A DNA stretch of 64,000 nucleotides from a phage: the sequence record PZ172995.1. The stretch is one strand, 5' to 3'. The translations under genes and the position numbers were made by a program. Below the pieces are notes generated by a model. It saw nothing but the letters and a program-made list of their open reading frames with translations. It did not search any database and was not told where the DNA came from. Positions 1 to 9,347 of the stretch are shown one piece after another; positions within the stretch are counted from its first letter, which is position 1; each line of letters starts with the position of its first letter.

Positions 1-12
1 GCCCCCTTAACA

Positions 13-980
13 TTTTCTTAACAATTTCTTAACAATCCCTACATAGTTATGCTTTTAAGGTACTTGTTAGCAACTTGTTAGCCCCTTGTTAAATCTCTGT
101 TAAAACCACGTAAAAGCCTTGTAAGAGCCTTTGACATAGCCTATAAAGCCTCTGTAAAGCCCTATAAATAGCTTTCTGTATAGTTGGGGTGTAATTACTA
201 GGAAGAGACTAAAAAGAGCTTATAAGGAGCTATAAAGGGCTTTTAAGAGGGCTATTTAAAGGGTCACTAAGAGAGAAAGGGAACGATAAGAAAAGAGATA
301 GTGACCATGTTAATAGCTTGTTAAAAAGATTAAACACTTGTTAGAAACTTGTTAATTATCTTAACAAAATAACTCTTTAAAATTAACTTGTTAGCTCTTG
401 TTAGTCATCTGTTAAGACACTGTAAAGCCTATGTATCAACTGTTAAGAAACTGTTAAGTTCTTGTTAAAACTGTTAAGAATCTGTTAAGACCTCTGAAGA
501 GATGTTAAGAGGTTGTAAGAACTGTTAAGAGATTGTTAATGATATTTTAAAATTCTGCAAAGGGGATGTTACAGGGCTGTTAAGGGCTACCAAGCAGATA
601 TACATCTTTTACAGATATTTTTGAGTTCCTTCAAAGACCCTAAAAAATGACTTGATAGTCCTATTTTATAAAAATTTTAAAATTCTGAATAATTACCTAG
701 ACAGTCTTTTAAAAATACAGGCATAAACAGGCTTATAAGATACCTTGTTAATACCGTGTTAGACCTTGTGAGATAAGGTCTGTAAAGATATTCCTGTTAA
801 GTTTGTTAAAACAGTCTATATAGAGGCTTAGTAATACCTAGTGAACACCTATAGAGGGTAACATAGCTGACATAGAGATTAAGAGGTGTATAGGGGCTTC
901 TAAGAGGCTATAGAGAGATGGTTAAGGTGATTGTATAGGTTGTTAAGAAGGCTTGTTAGAAGGCTTGTTAGAGGGCTATT
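13..980. repeat. Dense array of about 30 degenerate short repeats (core YTGTTAR, e.g. CTTGTTAG, CTGTTAAG) in a non-coding region of about 1.2 kb
   Basis: Read directly: clusters at 13-40 (opposite orientation), 61-110, 305-545, 741-830, 931-975; no convincing ORF with RBS in 1-1190. Confidence 0.75.
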
Positions 981-1191
981 TAGAAGGTTTATACAGAGTG
1001 GCTATTAAGACCACTAGATAGATACTAAGATACTATATAGTACTATATAACTATATAGAGAGTAAGCTTAAGAAGGATGTTAAGAAGGGTAGATATTTTA
1101 TTCACATATGATGGTGACCCAGAGGTTGGAACAACCGATAAAATTTTATAAAAATTAAAAAGCCCCCAATTAAGGAGGCTCTTAAGATATT

Positions 1192-1740
1192 TTAAACCAG
1201 TGTTTCCAGAACTGTCTTCAGTGATGACTTGGTTGTCTGATAAAAATGAGTAAATCCATTGTTGTTATCAAATACCTGCATCATGATATCATCTCCCTTA
1301 ATTGGGTACACTCGGATATCATAGTGAAAACCATTAAAGACACAAGAACCACTACAGAATGCTCTAAAGTCATCTACTGAGATATACTCTTCATGACCTG
1401 TGATTTTTATACAAACACCTTTACTCGGTCTCTTAGGGTTGATATCTTCCATTACAGACATACTCTGTCCACCAAGAGATACCATAGTGACCACTTTACG
1501 GTTCTTCTGTTTAAAGTACATCTTAACTTTCTGCAAAGTGTCTTCATAGAACGGATAAGATTTCTCTACAAAGACTCCTTCAAGTGGGTCTTTACCATTT
1601 TTAACTTCTCTGTAACCCCGTACTGCAAAAACAATCTGTTTTAATCTGTCAAGACTTTCTTCAGAGAGTGCTTCTTGAGCATCACTCCAGTCAAGGACTA
1701 GATAGTTACCTTCAACATCTTTTAAGTTATCTTTTTCCAT
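1192..1740 (-). CDS. hypothetical protein
   Basis: ORF track 1192..1785 begins at a TTG; first ATG at 1740 avoids overlap with the upstream gene. Confidence 0.55.
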   Translation of the reverse strand: MEKDNLKDVEGNYLVLDWSDAQEALSEESLDRLKQIVFAVRGYREVKNGKDPLEGVFVEKSYPFYEDTLQKVKMYFKQKNRKVVTMVSLGGQSMSVMEDINPKRPSKGVCIKITGHEEYISVDDFRAFCSGSCVFNGFHYDIRVYPIKGDDIMMQVFDNNNGFTHFYQTTKSSLKTVLETLV

Positions 1741-1753
1741 ATCTATCACACCA

Positions 1754-2218
1754 TTATCGTAAAACTTGGTAATCTGGGACTGCAAACTTGTTGTCTTTGT
1801 TTTTAATGAGGTCTTCTTTTGTTACAAAGAATGTAAGCCCACACAAGTGTGTATAGTGGCTATCATACTCAAATACTTTAAGTAAGTATTCTCCATCATC
1901 ATAAACATGCTCTACTACACCTTTTGCAACAATCTTTCCAGTCTTGAAGTCTTTAAGGTGGTATACATTACCAACTTTAGGAACTGTTTTCATCTCAGGT
2001 TCTTTTAGCTTCTCACCAACTTCTACATCACCTAGTAAGTGAGAACTTTCAAAAGCTACATATTGCATATAAGCCTCTGAGCATTCCCAGATAAAACAAT
2101 GTACAAGAACCTTAGCAGCATGTCTTGAGCAATTCAACTTATCACAAATTTCTTTGTACATTTCATCTTTAGTTGAGTTATCAAGCATTGCTTTTCGAAC
2201 TGTTTCTTTAATTTTCAT
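1754..2218 (-). CDS. hypothetical protein
   Basis: ORF with ATG and GGGAG RBS. Confidence 0.6.
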   Translation of the reverse strand: MKIKETVRKAMLDNSTKDEMYKEICDKLNCSRHAAKVLVHCFIWECSEAYMQYVAFESSHLLGDVEVGEKLKEPEMKTVPKVGNVYHLKDFKTGKIVAKGVVEHVYDDGEYLLKVFEYDSHYTHLCGLTFFVTKEDLIKNKDNKFAVPDYQVLR

Positions 2219-2636
2219 AAGCTCCCCGAATAACCCTATTAAGCATCTCTAAAGTCAGCTTTCCAGATTCTAAATGTGGCACAATAAGTTTTAAAGCTTC
2301 TTCAACATCATGCACAACATCTATTATACCTTCTGCATAGGCTTCTACAAGGATATCTTTTACATTTTGTGATTTACCTTTTTGTGGTATCACTAGACGC
2401 ATATCAAACTCATTTGCTTGAGGATGGTTCTTACCTTGCCAGTAACCATCTTTGTTAAAGCTGATGTAGTCACCGTGGTAAAAGTGTACACCATTAGCTT
2501 TAAACTTCTCCAGCACAAGGCATTGAATTGGGTATTCAGTATTCCACTCCCTGACTCCTATAACCTTCACTGTTGCGATGTACTCCTGTGTTTTTGCATC
2601 TATGATGTCAAGTTCTTGACCAGCTATGATTTGCAT
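2208..2636 (-). CDS. hypothetical protein
   Basis: ORF with ATG and AAGGTAG RBS; overlaps neighbour by a few nt. Confidence 0.6.
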   Translation of the reverse strand: MQIIAGQELDIIDAKTQEYIATVKVIGVREWNTEYPIQCLVLEKFKANGVHFYHGDYISFNKDGYWQGKNHPQANEFDMRLVIPQKGKSQNVKDILVEAYAEGIIDVVHDVEEALKLIVPHLESGKLTLEMLNRVIRGAYEN

Positions 2637-2690
2637 ATTCGCTACCTTCTAAGTTCCTACAAAGGGGCTATCAAGTAACCCCTCAAGTTG

Positions 2691-2915
2691 TTACTCAGAC
2701 TTTTCAGTCTTCTTATCAGATTTCTTACTAGTCTTCTTCTCAGCTTTCTGCTCAGGTTCCTTCTCAGAAGTTGCCTTGATAACCATATCAAGAAGCTCTG
2801 ATAAGTCACTCTTCAGCAAAGTAACAGGCTGCTCATTGTAGAAGTTTTTGTCAAGATAAACTTTGAACTCTTCAATAGAAGGAAATCCAAAAATTGGTAC
2901 AGGTGTCTTAGTCAT
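2691..2915 (-). CDS. hypothetical small lysine-rich protein
   Basis: ORF with GGAGA RBS; K/E-rich C-terminus. Confidence 0.5.
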   Translation of the reverse strand: MTKTPVPIFGFPSIEEFKVYLDKNFYNEQPVTLLKSDLSELLDMVIKATSEKEPEQKAEKKTSKKSDKKTEKSE

Positions 2916-2991
2916 TACTTAGTTTCTCCATAGGCATCTTTCAAGATTGCCTTGTTAATCATTTCAGCGATTGCAAAACGAACACATACAG

Positions 2992-3495
2992 CTATAATTG
3001 TAGGTTGCATTCTTTACTTACCTCTTCAAGTTTAACCTCAGAGTCCTTAAGTCGTTTCTTATGAACTCTAAATCTCATTAGTGCGATGATGATACCAACT
3101 AAAGGAACAGCATACAAGTACCAGACATCATATACCTTTGCAGTAATCTGTGTAATGGTCAAGTCTTGAGCTATGGAACTGATTGCTGATACTGCCAGTA
3201 ATGTTGCTAAGAAAAATGCCAGTACCATTACCGTACTTAAACAACCTCTGGCATGGTGTTCATGCTTAATGCACTTATTCTTTTCGTCAACAACCCTATT
3301 GTAGTCGTTTGTAAAGTCTCTGTAGAAAGCTTTCAAGTATTCTTTATTGTAGCCTTCAAAGCAACCTGTACCGTACCAATAATCACCACCAAAATGTGCT
3401 ATGATACCAGTATCCCCATTTGGTTTAGTTACTCTCAAAGATGTGTGATGACGAGTATCTTGATAGTCTATTTTGTATCTTTCTTCGTAAATCAT
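2992..3495 (-). CDS. hypothetical membrane protein (two predicted TM helices near C-terminus)
   Basis: Track start 3525 is GTG without RBS; ATG at 3495 has GAGAGGGA RBS and ATGA overlap with upstream stop; hydrophobic segments VMVLAFFLATLLAV and AVPLVGIIIALM. Confidence 0.6.
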   Translation of the reverse strand: MIYEERYKIDYQDTRHHTSLRVTKPNGDTGIIAHFGGDYWYGTGCFEGYNKEYLKAFYRDFTNDYNRVVDEKNKCIKHEHHARGCLSTVMVLAFFLATLLAVSAISSIAQDLTITQITAKVYDVWYLYAVPLVGIIIALMRFRVHKKRLKDSEVKLEEVSKECNLQL

Positions 3496-3710
3496 TTCCC
3501 AATCCCTCTCAATCGTTTGTTCCACTCAAGGTCAACAAGTCTTTGTAGGACTTTCCCTCTAGGTGTTACACCTTTTAAATCTGCATCATAACAATGGTAA
3601 AAGTCACCTTCAGCGTGTTTACCATAGCATTTTCTGATGTTCTGACTCCTACGATACTGCTCTAACAGGGACAGTTTGTAGTAATCTTCAACTGTAGTTA
3701 GTTTTTTCAT
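3492..3710 (-). CDS. hypothetical protein
   Basis: ORF, ATG start, coupled to neighbours. Confidence 0.5.
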   Translation of the reverse strand: MKKLTTVEDYYKLSLLEQYRRSQNIRKCYGKHAEGDFYHCYDADLKGVTPRGKVLQRLVDLEWNKRLRGIGK

Positions 3711-4252
3711 TCTTTCACCATAGCATTTCTGAACTGACGTTGAGTTTCTCTTGTAATTTCGTCTGGAGTAAACCCTGCTTTCAGCATATCTCTGAAAAGA
3801 ACTTCTAAGTGATTCTTTTCAATAATGTAAATTGCATTCTGCACAGATGTTTTAAGTTCCTTCAGGTCACTGCTAATTTCTTCACACTTGTTGATAATCT
3901 CTGTATCAACTTTCTTAAAGACTGGCATAGCATATCGACAACCACTATTAGCAGCATCCATGAAAAATTTAAAAGATTCCTCAGAGTCCTTTAAAGCAAT
4001 CCCGATAAAGTTCTTGTAAGCACCTGTGAAAGCTAAAGACTCAATCTCAGCAGTTGAGTACACAGTTCCTGCGCACAGTCTTGCAGAGGTACTAAATGTG
4101 TAGCTTTGTGTTATGTCAAAGTCTAAGTTCTTCAGTGGTCGAAAATAAACTGTGCCAGTATGCGAGACATGTGTTACAACAGCCTCCACACTCTTTGAAG
4201 GGTTCTGTTTAACATACAAAATAATTTTATCGTGTTCTTTCACTTTAGGCAT
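3707..4252 (-). CDS. hypothetical protein
   Basis: ORF with GGAGA RBS. Confidence 0.6.
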   Translation of the reverse strand: MPKVKEHDKIILYVKQNPSKSVEAVVTHVSHTGTVYFRPLKNLDFDITQSYTFSTSARLCAGTVYSTAEIESLAFTGAYKNFIGIALKDSEESFKFFMDAANSGCRYAMPVFKKVDTEIINKCEEISSDLKELKTSVQNAIYIIEKNHLEVLFRDMLKAGFTPDEITRETQRQFRNAMVKE

Positions 4253-4324
4253 ATCTATTCTCCAGAAACTAAAAAGGGAACTACCTCTCGATAGCTCCCA
4301 TCATAGTTAATATTGTATATTCGG

Positions 4325-4906
4325 TCAAGAGTATTTTTTAGGCAGTAATGCGCTACGCTTGTTACTCTCTTCACTCAATAGTGCAATAAATTCATCGCCT
4401 TTCCCTTTCCACGGACTGAATGTAGGGATATGCTCTCGGATAGCCTCAATCACTGTTTTCAGGGCGTTGTTCTTTAACCACCAATCAGACACTGCCGAAG
4501 CTACAATGTAGTAAGCACCATCATCTGTGAAGATTGGCTCAGAGATACATGGTGAAATCATAGTGGTAATGATAGAACCATTATTCATGTAGTATGTTCT
4601 TTTTTCAACCTTGTCAAGAAGTTTATGAAGGTCTGCAAAGAGACTTACCACCTCTTTATGGTCAATATCTTTTTCAAGATTTGCCCTGTATTTCAATAGT
4701 GCAGCATCAACCTCTTTATCATTGAATTTGAAGTATTGGACTTCTTCATTCACACATACACTAATGTTGTTGGTGTTTATCGTCAATTTGCACAGTTTGA
4801 CTGGAGAGTTGATGTTGGTCTGGAAAAGTGCTACACAGCCTTCTACATTCCCGAAATGTTTGACTAATGTAACTTCTGGTTGAATGTGTTCATGCTCTTC
4901 TGACAT
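4325..4906 (-). CDS. hypothetical protein
   Basis: ORF with GAGGA RBS. Confidence 0.6.
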   Translation of the reverse strand: MSEEHEHIQPEVTLVKHFGNVEGCVALFQTNINSPVKLCKLTINTNNISVCVNEEVQYFKFNDKEVDAALLKYRANLEKDIDHKEVVSLFADLHKLLDKVEKRTYYMNNGSIITTMISPCISEPIFTDDGAYYIVASAVSDWWLKNNALKTVIEAIREHIPTFSPWKGKGDEFIALLSEESNKRSALLPKKYS

Positions 4907-5250
4907 TATAGTTTCCTCATTAAATACTTTTTAAGTTGTGTGTTAGGTTTCTCAAAAACTTCTATAGAAGATATCTTGACAGATTCACCACGCATACCAG
5001 TGTGTTTGAAAATATAGTACTCCAACATACCTATGTATTTTGCTGGTAAGTCATACTTGACGTACACTGTTACAGAATCTTCAAATTCAACAACCTTTGT
5101 ACCATCTTTGTAGTTAAACTCTTTAGGATGGTTGTAATTGTCGATGTCGTACATTAAAAAGAGTCTTTTCCGTTGCATGTCAAGCTTATTGGTTAAAGAC
5201 TCTTTGATATCTGAGAAGTTTTTATAGACTATGACATGGAGCTTACTCAT
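4906..5250 (-). CDS. hypothetical protein
   Basis: ORF with GAGAG RBS; start overlaps upstream stop. Confidence 0.6.
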   Translation of the reverse strand: MSKLHVIVYKNFSDIKESLTNKLDMQRKRLFLMYDIDNYNHPKEFNYKDGTKVVEFEDSVTVYVKYDLPAKYIGMLEYYIFKHTGMRGESVKISSIEVFEKPNTQLKKYLMRKL

Positions 5251-5536
5251 CGTTAAACTCTCTGACGAAGAAATAGTTGACTTTGTTATTACCTACCATA
5301 AGGTCAAAGCAGGTGTTCTCAAAAGGTTTGTTGTAGGCATCATATGAAGTGTACGTATCAGCTACTTGTTTAGTATTGAGCTTTTTACTTGATGGATTTA
5401 AGAGGCCACCATACAGTTTCTTGATAGCCTCTTCTACAACAGACCAGATGATTTCGTCAGTAATTTCTTCGTACAGGTCAAGTTCACGCTCTAGTGAGAA
5501 GTCACAAATAGGGAAAATAACCTGTACTTTACTCAT
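5243..5536 (-). CDS. hypothetical protein
   Basis: ORF; weak RBS. Confidence 0.5.
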   Translation of the reverse strand: MSKVQVIFPICDFSLERELDLYEEITDEIIWSVVEEAIKKLYGGLLNPSSKKLNTKQVADTYTSYDAYNKPFENTCFDLMVGNNKVNYFFVREFNDE

Positions 5537-5931
5537 TAGCGAATAACCTGTGTGACTTGAATTGCTTCAGTTACGGACAAATCACCTACTTTCTCTTCTT
5601 TGATAAAAGTGAAGGTGAGTTCAACAGGTTCTTGCTCTTCTTGCTCAACTGGAATACCGTTAAGCTCATCAAAGATTGATTGGGTAGTCCAGTCTTCTCC
5701 ACCATCTGGATAGTGGATGGCATAAAGAGGAAACTCTAAATTATACCAAGCAAAAACAGGACAACCGTCTGCATCATCTCGGCATCTGTGGAGGTACGTA
5801 TTTGTACCTTCAAAATGCAAATGAAGATTGCCATTCTTCTCAAATAGAAGAGCATCTCGCAGGTCTAGTTCCTCATTTTCGCTGTAACGACTGACATCAA
5901 CTTTAACGTGGATATGACTGTTATTATTCAT
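5536..5931 (-). CDS. hypothetical protein
   Basis: ORF with GAGAGAGG RBS. Confidence 0.6.
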   Translation of the reverse strand: MNNNSHIHVKVDVSRYSENEELDLRDALLFEKNGNLHLHFEGTNTYLHRCRDDADGCPVFAWYNLEFPLYAIHYPDGGEDWTTQSIFDELNGIPVEQEEQEPVELTFTFIKEEKVGDLSVTEAIQVTQVIR

Positions 5932-6322
5932 AAAAACCTCTCTCTGCTTGTTCGATTTTTGCTCTTAAAGTTTCGCAATGCTGTAAATGGTAGTTAGCTT
6001 CTTGTTCATGTGTTGCTAACTGCCTTTCAAGAACAGTTTTATAGTAACCTGCAAGTTGCTCTTTTGTCAATGGGTGCTCTGAAATAATATCAAGTCCACT
6101 TTCACCAAGAGGATTGAATTGTCCATGCTCATTGACATTGTAAGTCTCAAACTTGAACATACCATTGTTCACAGACTCAATAGGTGACAGTTCAACAAGC
6201 TCTACAGTAAACCGTGTATACACCTTGTCGCCTCTTGAAACTACATTGTTTCCAATGATGCGTACAAGCGAACCATTACGAGTGTACTTAAAAGTCCCAA
6301 AGTCACTAGCCCAAAGCTTCAT
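5924..6322 (-). CDS. hypothetical protein
   Basis: ORF with AAGGAGA RBS. Confidence 0.6.
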   Translation of the reverse strand: MKLWASDFGTFKYTRNGSLVRIIGNNVVSRGDKVYTRFTVELVELSPIESVNNGMFKFETYNVNEHGQFNPLGESGLDIISEHPLTKEQLAGYYKTVLERQLATHEQEANYHLQHCETLRAKIEQAERGFYE

Positions 6323-6327
6323 AGTTT

Positions 6328-6362
6328 TCTCCTTAGAAAATAAAAAAGGCTCCCGAAGGAGC
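6328..6362 (-). terminator. Rho-independent terminator downstream of endolysin gene
   Basis: Minus-strand hairpin GGCTCC-TTCG-GGAGCC followed by a T-run. Confidence 0.7.
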
Positions 6363-6373
6363 CTATGAAGATA

Positions 6374-6838
6374 TTACTTTGGGTATACACTGTCAAGATA
6401 AATGTCAGCTTCCATTCTACGTCTGTTTTTCAGACCGTTTGAAGTGACCTTCTTACCTTTGACTGTAACCTTGTTCCACCACTGCATAGCTTCTGCACAA
6501 CCTACCTTATTACCAGCATTGTGACGCTTGATAAATGTAGAATCCTGCATAGCTGTGATACCGATGTTGTATGTTTCACTTACAAGTGCATCAAACTCAT
6601 TCTGAGAAGTTGGAACATTGATAGCTTTGTTCACTGCTGCAACGAATTTCTCAACATCTGCGAGAAGATACTGTTCAGCTTGTTCAGCAGTAATTTTCAT
6701 ACCCATCTTAACAGGTTTTTCGTCAATACTGATTGTACCATACCCGATTGTTGGGATTCCGGCAGAGTCTTCGTAAGCCTCTAACTTCAGACCTTCAAAG
6801 AACTTAATAGCTTCTAAACCTTTTCTTGAGAGTTGCAT
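6374..6838 (-). CDS. endolysin, T4-lysozyme-like (glycoside hydrolase family 24)
   Basis: N-terminal LEAYxDxAGIPTIGYG signature and overall T4 lysozyme-like layout in the 154-aa translation. Confidence 0.85.
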   Translation of the reverse strand: MQLSRKGLEAIKFFEGLKLEAYEDSAGIPTIGYGTISIDEKPVKMGMKITAEQAEQYLLADVEKFVAAVNKAINVPTSQNEFDALVSETYNIGITAMQDSTFIKRHNAGNKVGCAEAMQWWNKVTVKGKKVTSNGLKNRRRMEADIYLDSVYPK

Positions 6839-7722
6839 TATACCTCCCCTGTTGGGTTAACTGTAACTGTTGCTGCATTAGATGTCACAGAGCCACCTGC
6901 ACCAGTAACTACACAGGTGTAGCTTCCTGCGTCAGCAGTGGTTGCACCTTCTTTGGTGTAAGTTGCAGCAGTTGCGTCTGGGATGACTTCCTCACCTTTC
7001 TTCCACTGGTAACCTGTTGCACCAGTAGCTACAACACTTAGTGTCAAGGCAGAACCTTCAGTGATTTCTTGATTGGCTGGTTGTTGAGTGATAACTGGCA
7101 AAGCATTCACGGTTACTGTTGCTGCATCTGAGGTGACACTTGTCCCGCCCTCTCCAGATACAACGCAAGTGTATGAACCAGCATCAGAAGGAGCTACCGA
7201 CTGTTTTGTGTAAGTTGCAGAAGTGGCACTGGAGATATCCTCACCATCTTTCTTCCACTGATAACCAGTGGCATTAGATGCAACAACACTCAGAGTAAGC
7301 GTTCCACCTTCATTGACTGTTTGGTTTGTTGGTTGCTGAGTGATTGATGGTGGTGTGATGGCATCTTTCAACTTAGCGTTCAGCATTGAAAAAGGTTTAA
7401 CCCTTGCCAGCCATTCACAGTAAATTGTGTCAACATCTTTACCGTTGATGATTGCATACTGTAAATCCATGAAGAAATCAGCAGTCCTCATCTGTGCACC
7501 AACACTGTAAAGGAGTTCATCACTAAAAGGAACTTTGTAGTCTGGTTTGTAGTCAAACTTCTTAACCTCTGCGATATCAGCTTCAGGCCAATATGAGCTA
7601 TAGGTGAGTGGTAAAATAGCTTCTTGATATGTTCTAAAATCATATCTCTTACCAGCCTTTACATTTGCGATGAAACCCTTCACAAATTCTTTGAAGTCTG
7701 GGTAAGTCTTTGCTTTAATCAT
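6838..7722 (-). CDS. protein with two tandem Ig-like domains and an N-terminal domain paralogous to the upstream gene
   Basis: Two repeats of about 85 aa, each with YQWKK...DAGSYTCVV; N-terminus aligns with 7719..8090 product (FFMDLQYAI vs FLMDIQYVI); start overlaps upstream stop. Confidence 0.7.
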   Translation of the reverse strand: MIKAKTYPDFKEFVKGFIANVKAGKRYDFRTYQEAILPLTYSSYWPEADIAEVKKFDYKPDYKVPFSDELLYSVGAQMRTADFFMDLQYAIINGKDVDTIYCEWLARVKPFSMLNAKLKDAITPPSITQQPTNQTVNEGGTLTLSVVASNATGYQWKKDGEDISSATSATYTKQSVAPSDAGSYTCVVSGEGGTSVTSDAATVTVNALPVITQQPANQEITEGSALTLSVVATGATGYQWKKGEEVIPDATAATYTKEGATTADAGSYTCVVTGAGGSVTSNAATVTVNPTGEV

Positions 7723-8090
7723 TTCTTTTTAGCCTCTAAACGTGCGTTTAATCTAAAATAGCCTTTATGTTGTGGAGACACGTCACCAACAACGATACCT
7801 TCAACTTTATAACCTTTACCGATTACATACTGGATATCCATAAGAAATGTACCAAGTCCTACAATGTGGAACATTGGATATAATAACTTATCTGAATCTG
7901 GGAGATTAATGTCTGGGTTGTAGGTAGGTTGTTTACTAGTAGGTGTAATATCTTCTTCAGGCCATTTACTTAGTCTCCATGTCAAAGGTGTTGGGATAAC
8001 ATCATTAAGATTATATCTCTCACCTCTCTCCACGGAATTGATATAGGATTGTAGGAAGCAATAAAAGTCTTTTGCACTCTTAGCCTTCAT
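7719..8090 (-). CDS. hypothetical protein, paralog of N-terminal domain of the Ig-like protein
   Basis: Visible similarity to residues 1-110 of the 6838..7722 product; AAGGA RBS. Confidence 0.65.
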   Translation of the reverse strand: MKAKSAKDFYCFLQSYINSVERGERYNLNDVIPTPLTWRLSKWPEEDITPTSKQPTYNPDINLPDSDKLLYPMFHIVGLGTFLMDIQYVIGKGYKVEGIVVGDVSPQHKGYFRLNARLEAKKK

Positions 8091-8100
8091 TAAATATCCT

Positions 8101-8130
8101 TATAAATAGATAAAGGGGCATTAGCCCCTA
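8101..8130 (-). terminator. putative Rho-independent terminator
   Basis: Hairpin AGGGGC-ATTA-GCCCCT with T-rich tail on the minus strand. Confidence 0.45.
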
Positions 8131-8137
8131 TTTATAC

Positions 8138-8728
8138 TTAAGCTTTGGTCTTAAGTAGGTTCTTAAGTTTTTTGAGATTCATGCTCTCGTCAAACTTAAA
8201 ACCAAATCCATTGACATAATCAATGAACTCGGATTTCTTACTAAGTGATAGCGCGTAACTCATATCAAAGTTATTACTTGTTTCTGCGTCTGGGCTAGAG
8301 TTCACATCAAATGAAATTTCTGTAGGCTCTTGCTTGCTACTTCTCATATTATCAATCAATAGGCATGTATAGTTCGCTGGATAGAAGTTTGCACTACCAT
8401 CAACATACCCATACTTATTGTTGTGAATAAGGTTTGAAAATACCTTAAGAAATGTTTCTGAGTCGTGGCATACAAGTTTGAATTGACTGCACTCTCCAAG
8501 AGCCACTAGAGAGTAAGGGCTTTCACTATCAATGTCATAGTTTGGATTTAATGCTGTAACCGTCACACGCATCAAGTTATTAGCAATAGTCTTCTGTTTA
8601 AAAGAATTTGGGACATAGTGAAGACCTCTATCACACTGATTAACTAACTCTTTAAGTAGGTCATTTGCATAGGGTGAATTAATTGATACAGAGCCGTCAC
8701 TATTGTAATTAAAACTTACTGTTAACAT
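8138..8728 (-). CDS. hypothetical protein
   Basis: ORF with AGGAGA RBS. Confidence 0.65.
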   Translation of the reverse strand: MLTVSFNYNSDGSVSINSPYANDLLKELVNQCDRGLHYVPNSFKQKTIANNLMRVTVTALNPNYDIDSESPYSLVALGECSQFKLVCHDSETFLKVFSNLIHNNKYGYVDGSANFYPANYTCLLIDNMRSSKQEPTEISFDVNSSPDAETSNNFDMSYALSLSKKSEFIDYVNGFGFKFDESMNLKKLKNLLKTKA

Positions 8729-8955
8729 TTTTCAGTTCTCCTGCGATTTATGATTTTGCTGCAATAGAGAAACGAAGTAAACTCACTGGAAGAAACCATC
8801 AAGTGCTGTTCACTAGATTGAGCCATTGCCCTGAAATACATTCCAGTCAAAGCATCGTAGTGACTATTCTTTCCAATTGAGGTTATATAGCCATGACTCT
8901 TTGCAGTTTGATATAAATCTATAATATCTGCGATTTCTAATTGGGAACTACACAT
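8722..8955 (-). CDS. hypothetical protein
   Basis: ORF with AGAGGA RBS. Confidence 0.55.
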   Translation of the reverse strand: MCSSQLEIADIIDLYQTAKSHGYITSIGKNSHYDALTGMYFRAMAQSSEQHLMVSSSEFTSFLYCSKIINRRRTEKC

Positions 8956-9098
8956 AGATAATCCTCTTGTCTTCTGTAATTTTGAAAGAACAGGTACAGA
9001 CCAATTTCAGAGGATGAATAGTAGAGTAACTCTACCCTTTTTGATTCCTTACAGTGATTGGTATTTTTACCTTTCTTCGGGTTGTTTGATTTTCTCAT
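8937..9098 (-). CDS. hypothetical small basic protein
   Basis: Track start 9119 not supported; ATG at 9098 has AAGGAG RBS. Confidence 0.5.
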   Translation of the reverse strand: MRKSNNPKKGKNTNHCKESKRVELLYYSSSEIGLYLFFQNYRRQEDYLCVVPN

Positions 9099-9192
9099 TA
9101 AGTCTCCTTTGTAGAACAAGGCAGACCTACAGCTTTAAGTAAGATGGTACAGTAATCCATACAACAAGTCAAGAACTATTGCAAGTTAAAAA

Positions 9193-9220
9193 AGTTGTTG
9201 ACAAAGTACTTGACAAGGTG
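9193..9220 (+). promoter_or_regulatory. conserved 24-nt element with tandem TTGACAA (GTTGACAAAGTACTTGACAAGGTGT) in the divergent switch region
   Basis: Near-identical copy at 51326-51353 in the other divergent switch region; contains two -35-like hexamers. Confidence 0.55.
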
Positions 9221-9347
9221 TAGGCTTATAAATACTTAGAAGATAACTTAAAAGGTTCCTCTAAAAAGGCTATTTAAACAGATATCTTTCTGGATATCTA
9301 TCTTTTATCTTAAAAGCCTTTTAAGAGGTCTTATAAGAGGCATACCA

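Noticed and set aside
13-980. Possible CRISPR array in the repeat-rich left region
   Set aside because: Repeats are only 7-9 nt, degenerate, irregularly spaced and in both orientations, with no unique spacers of uniform length
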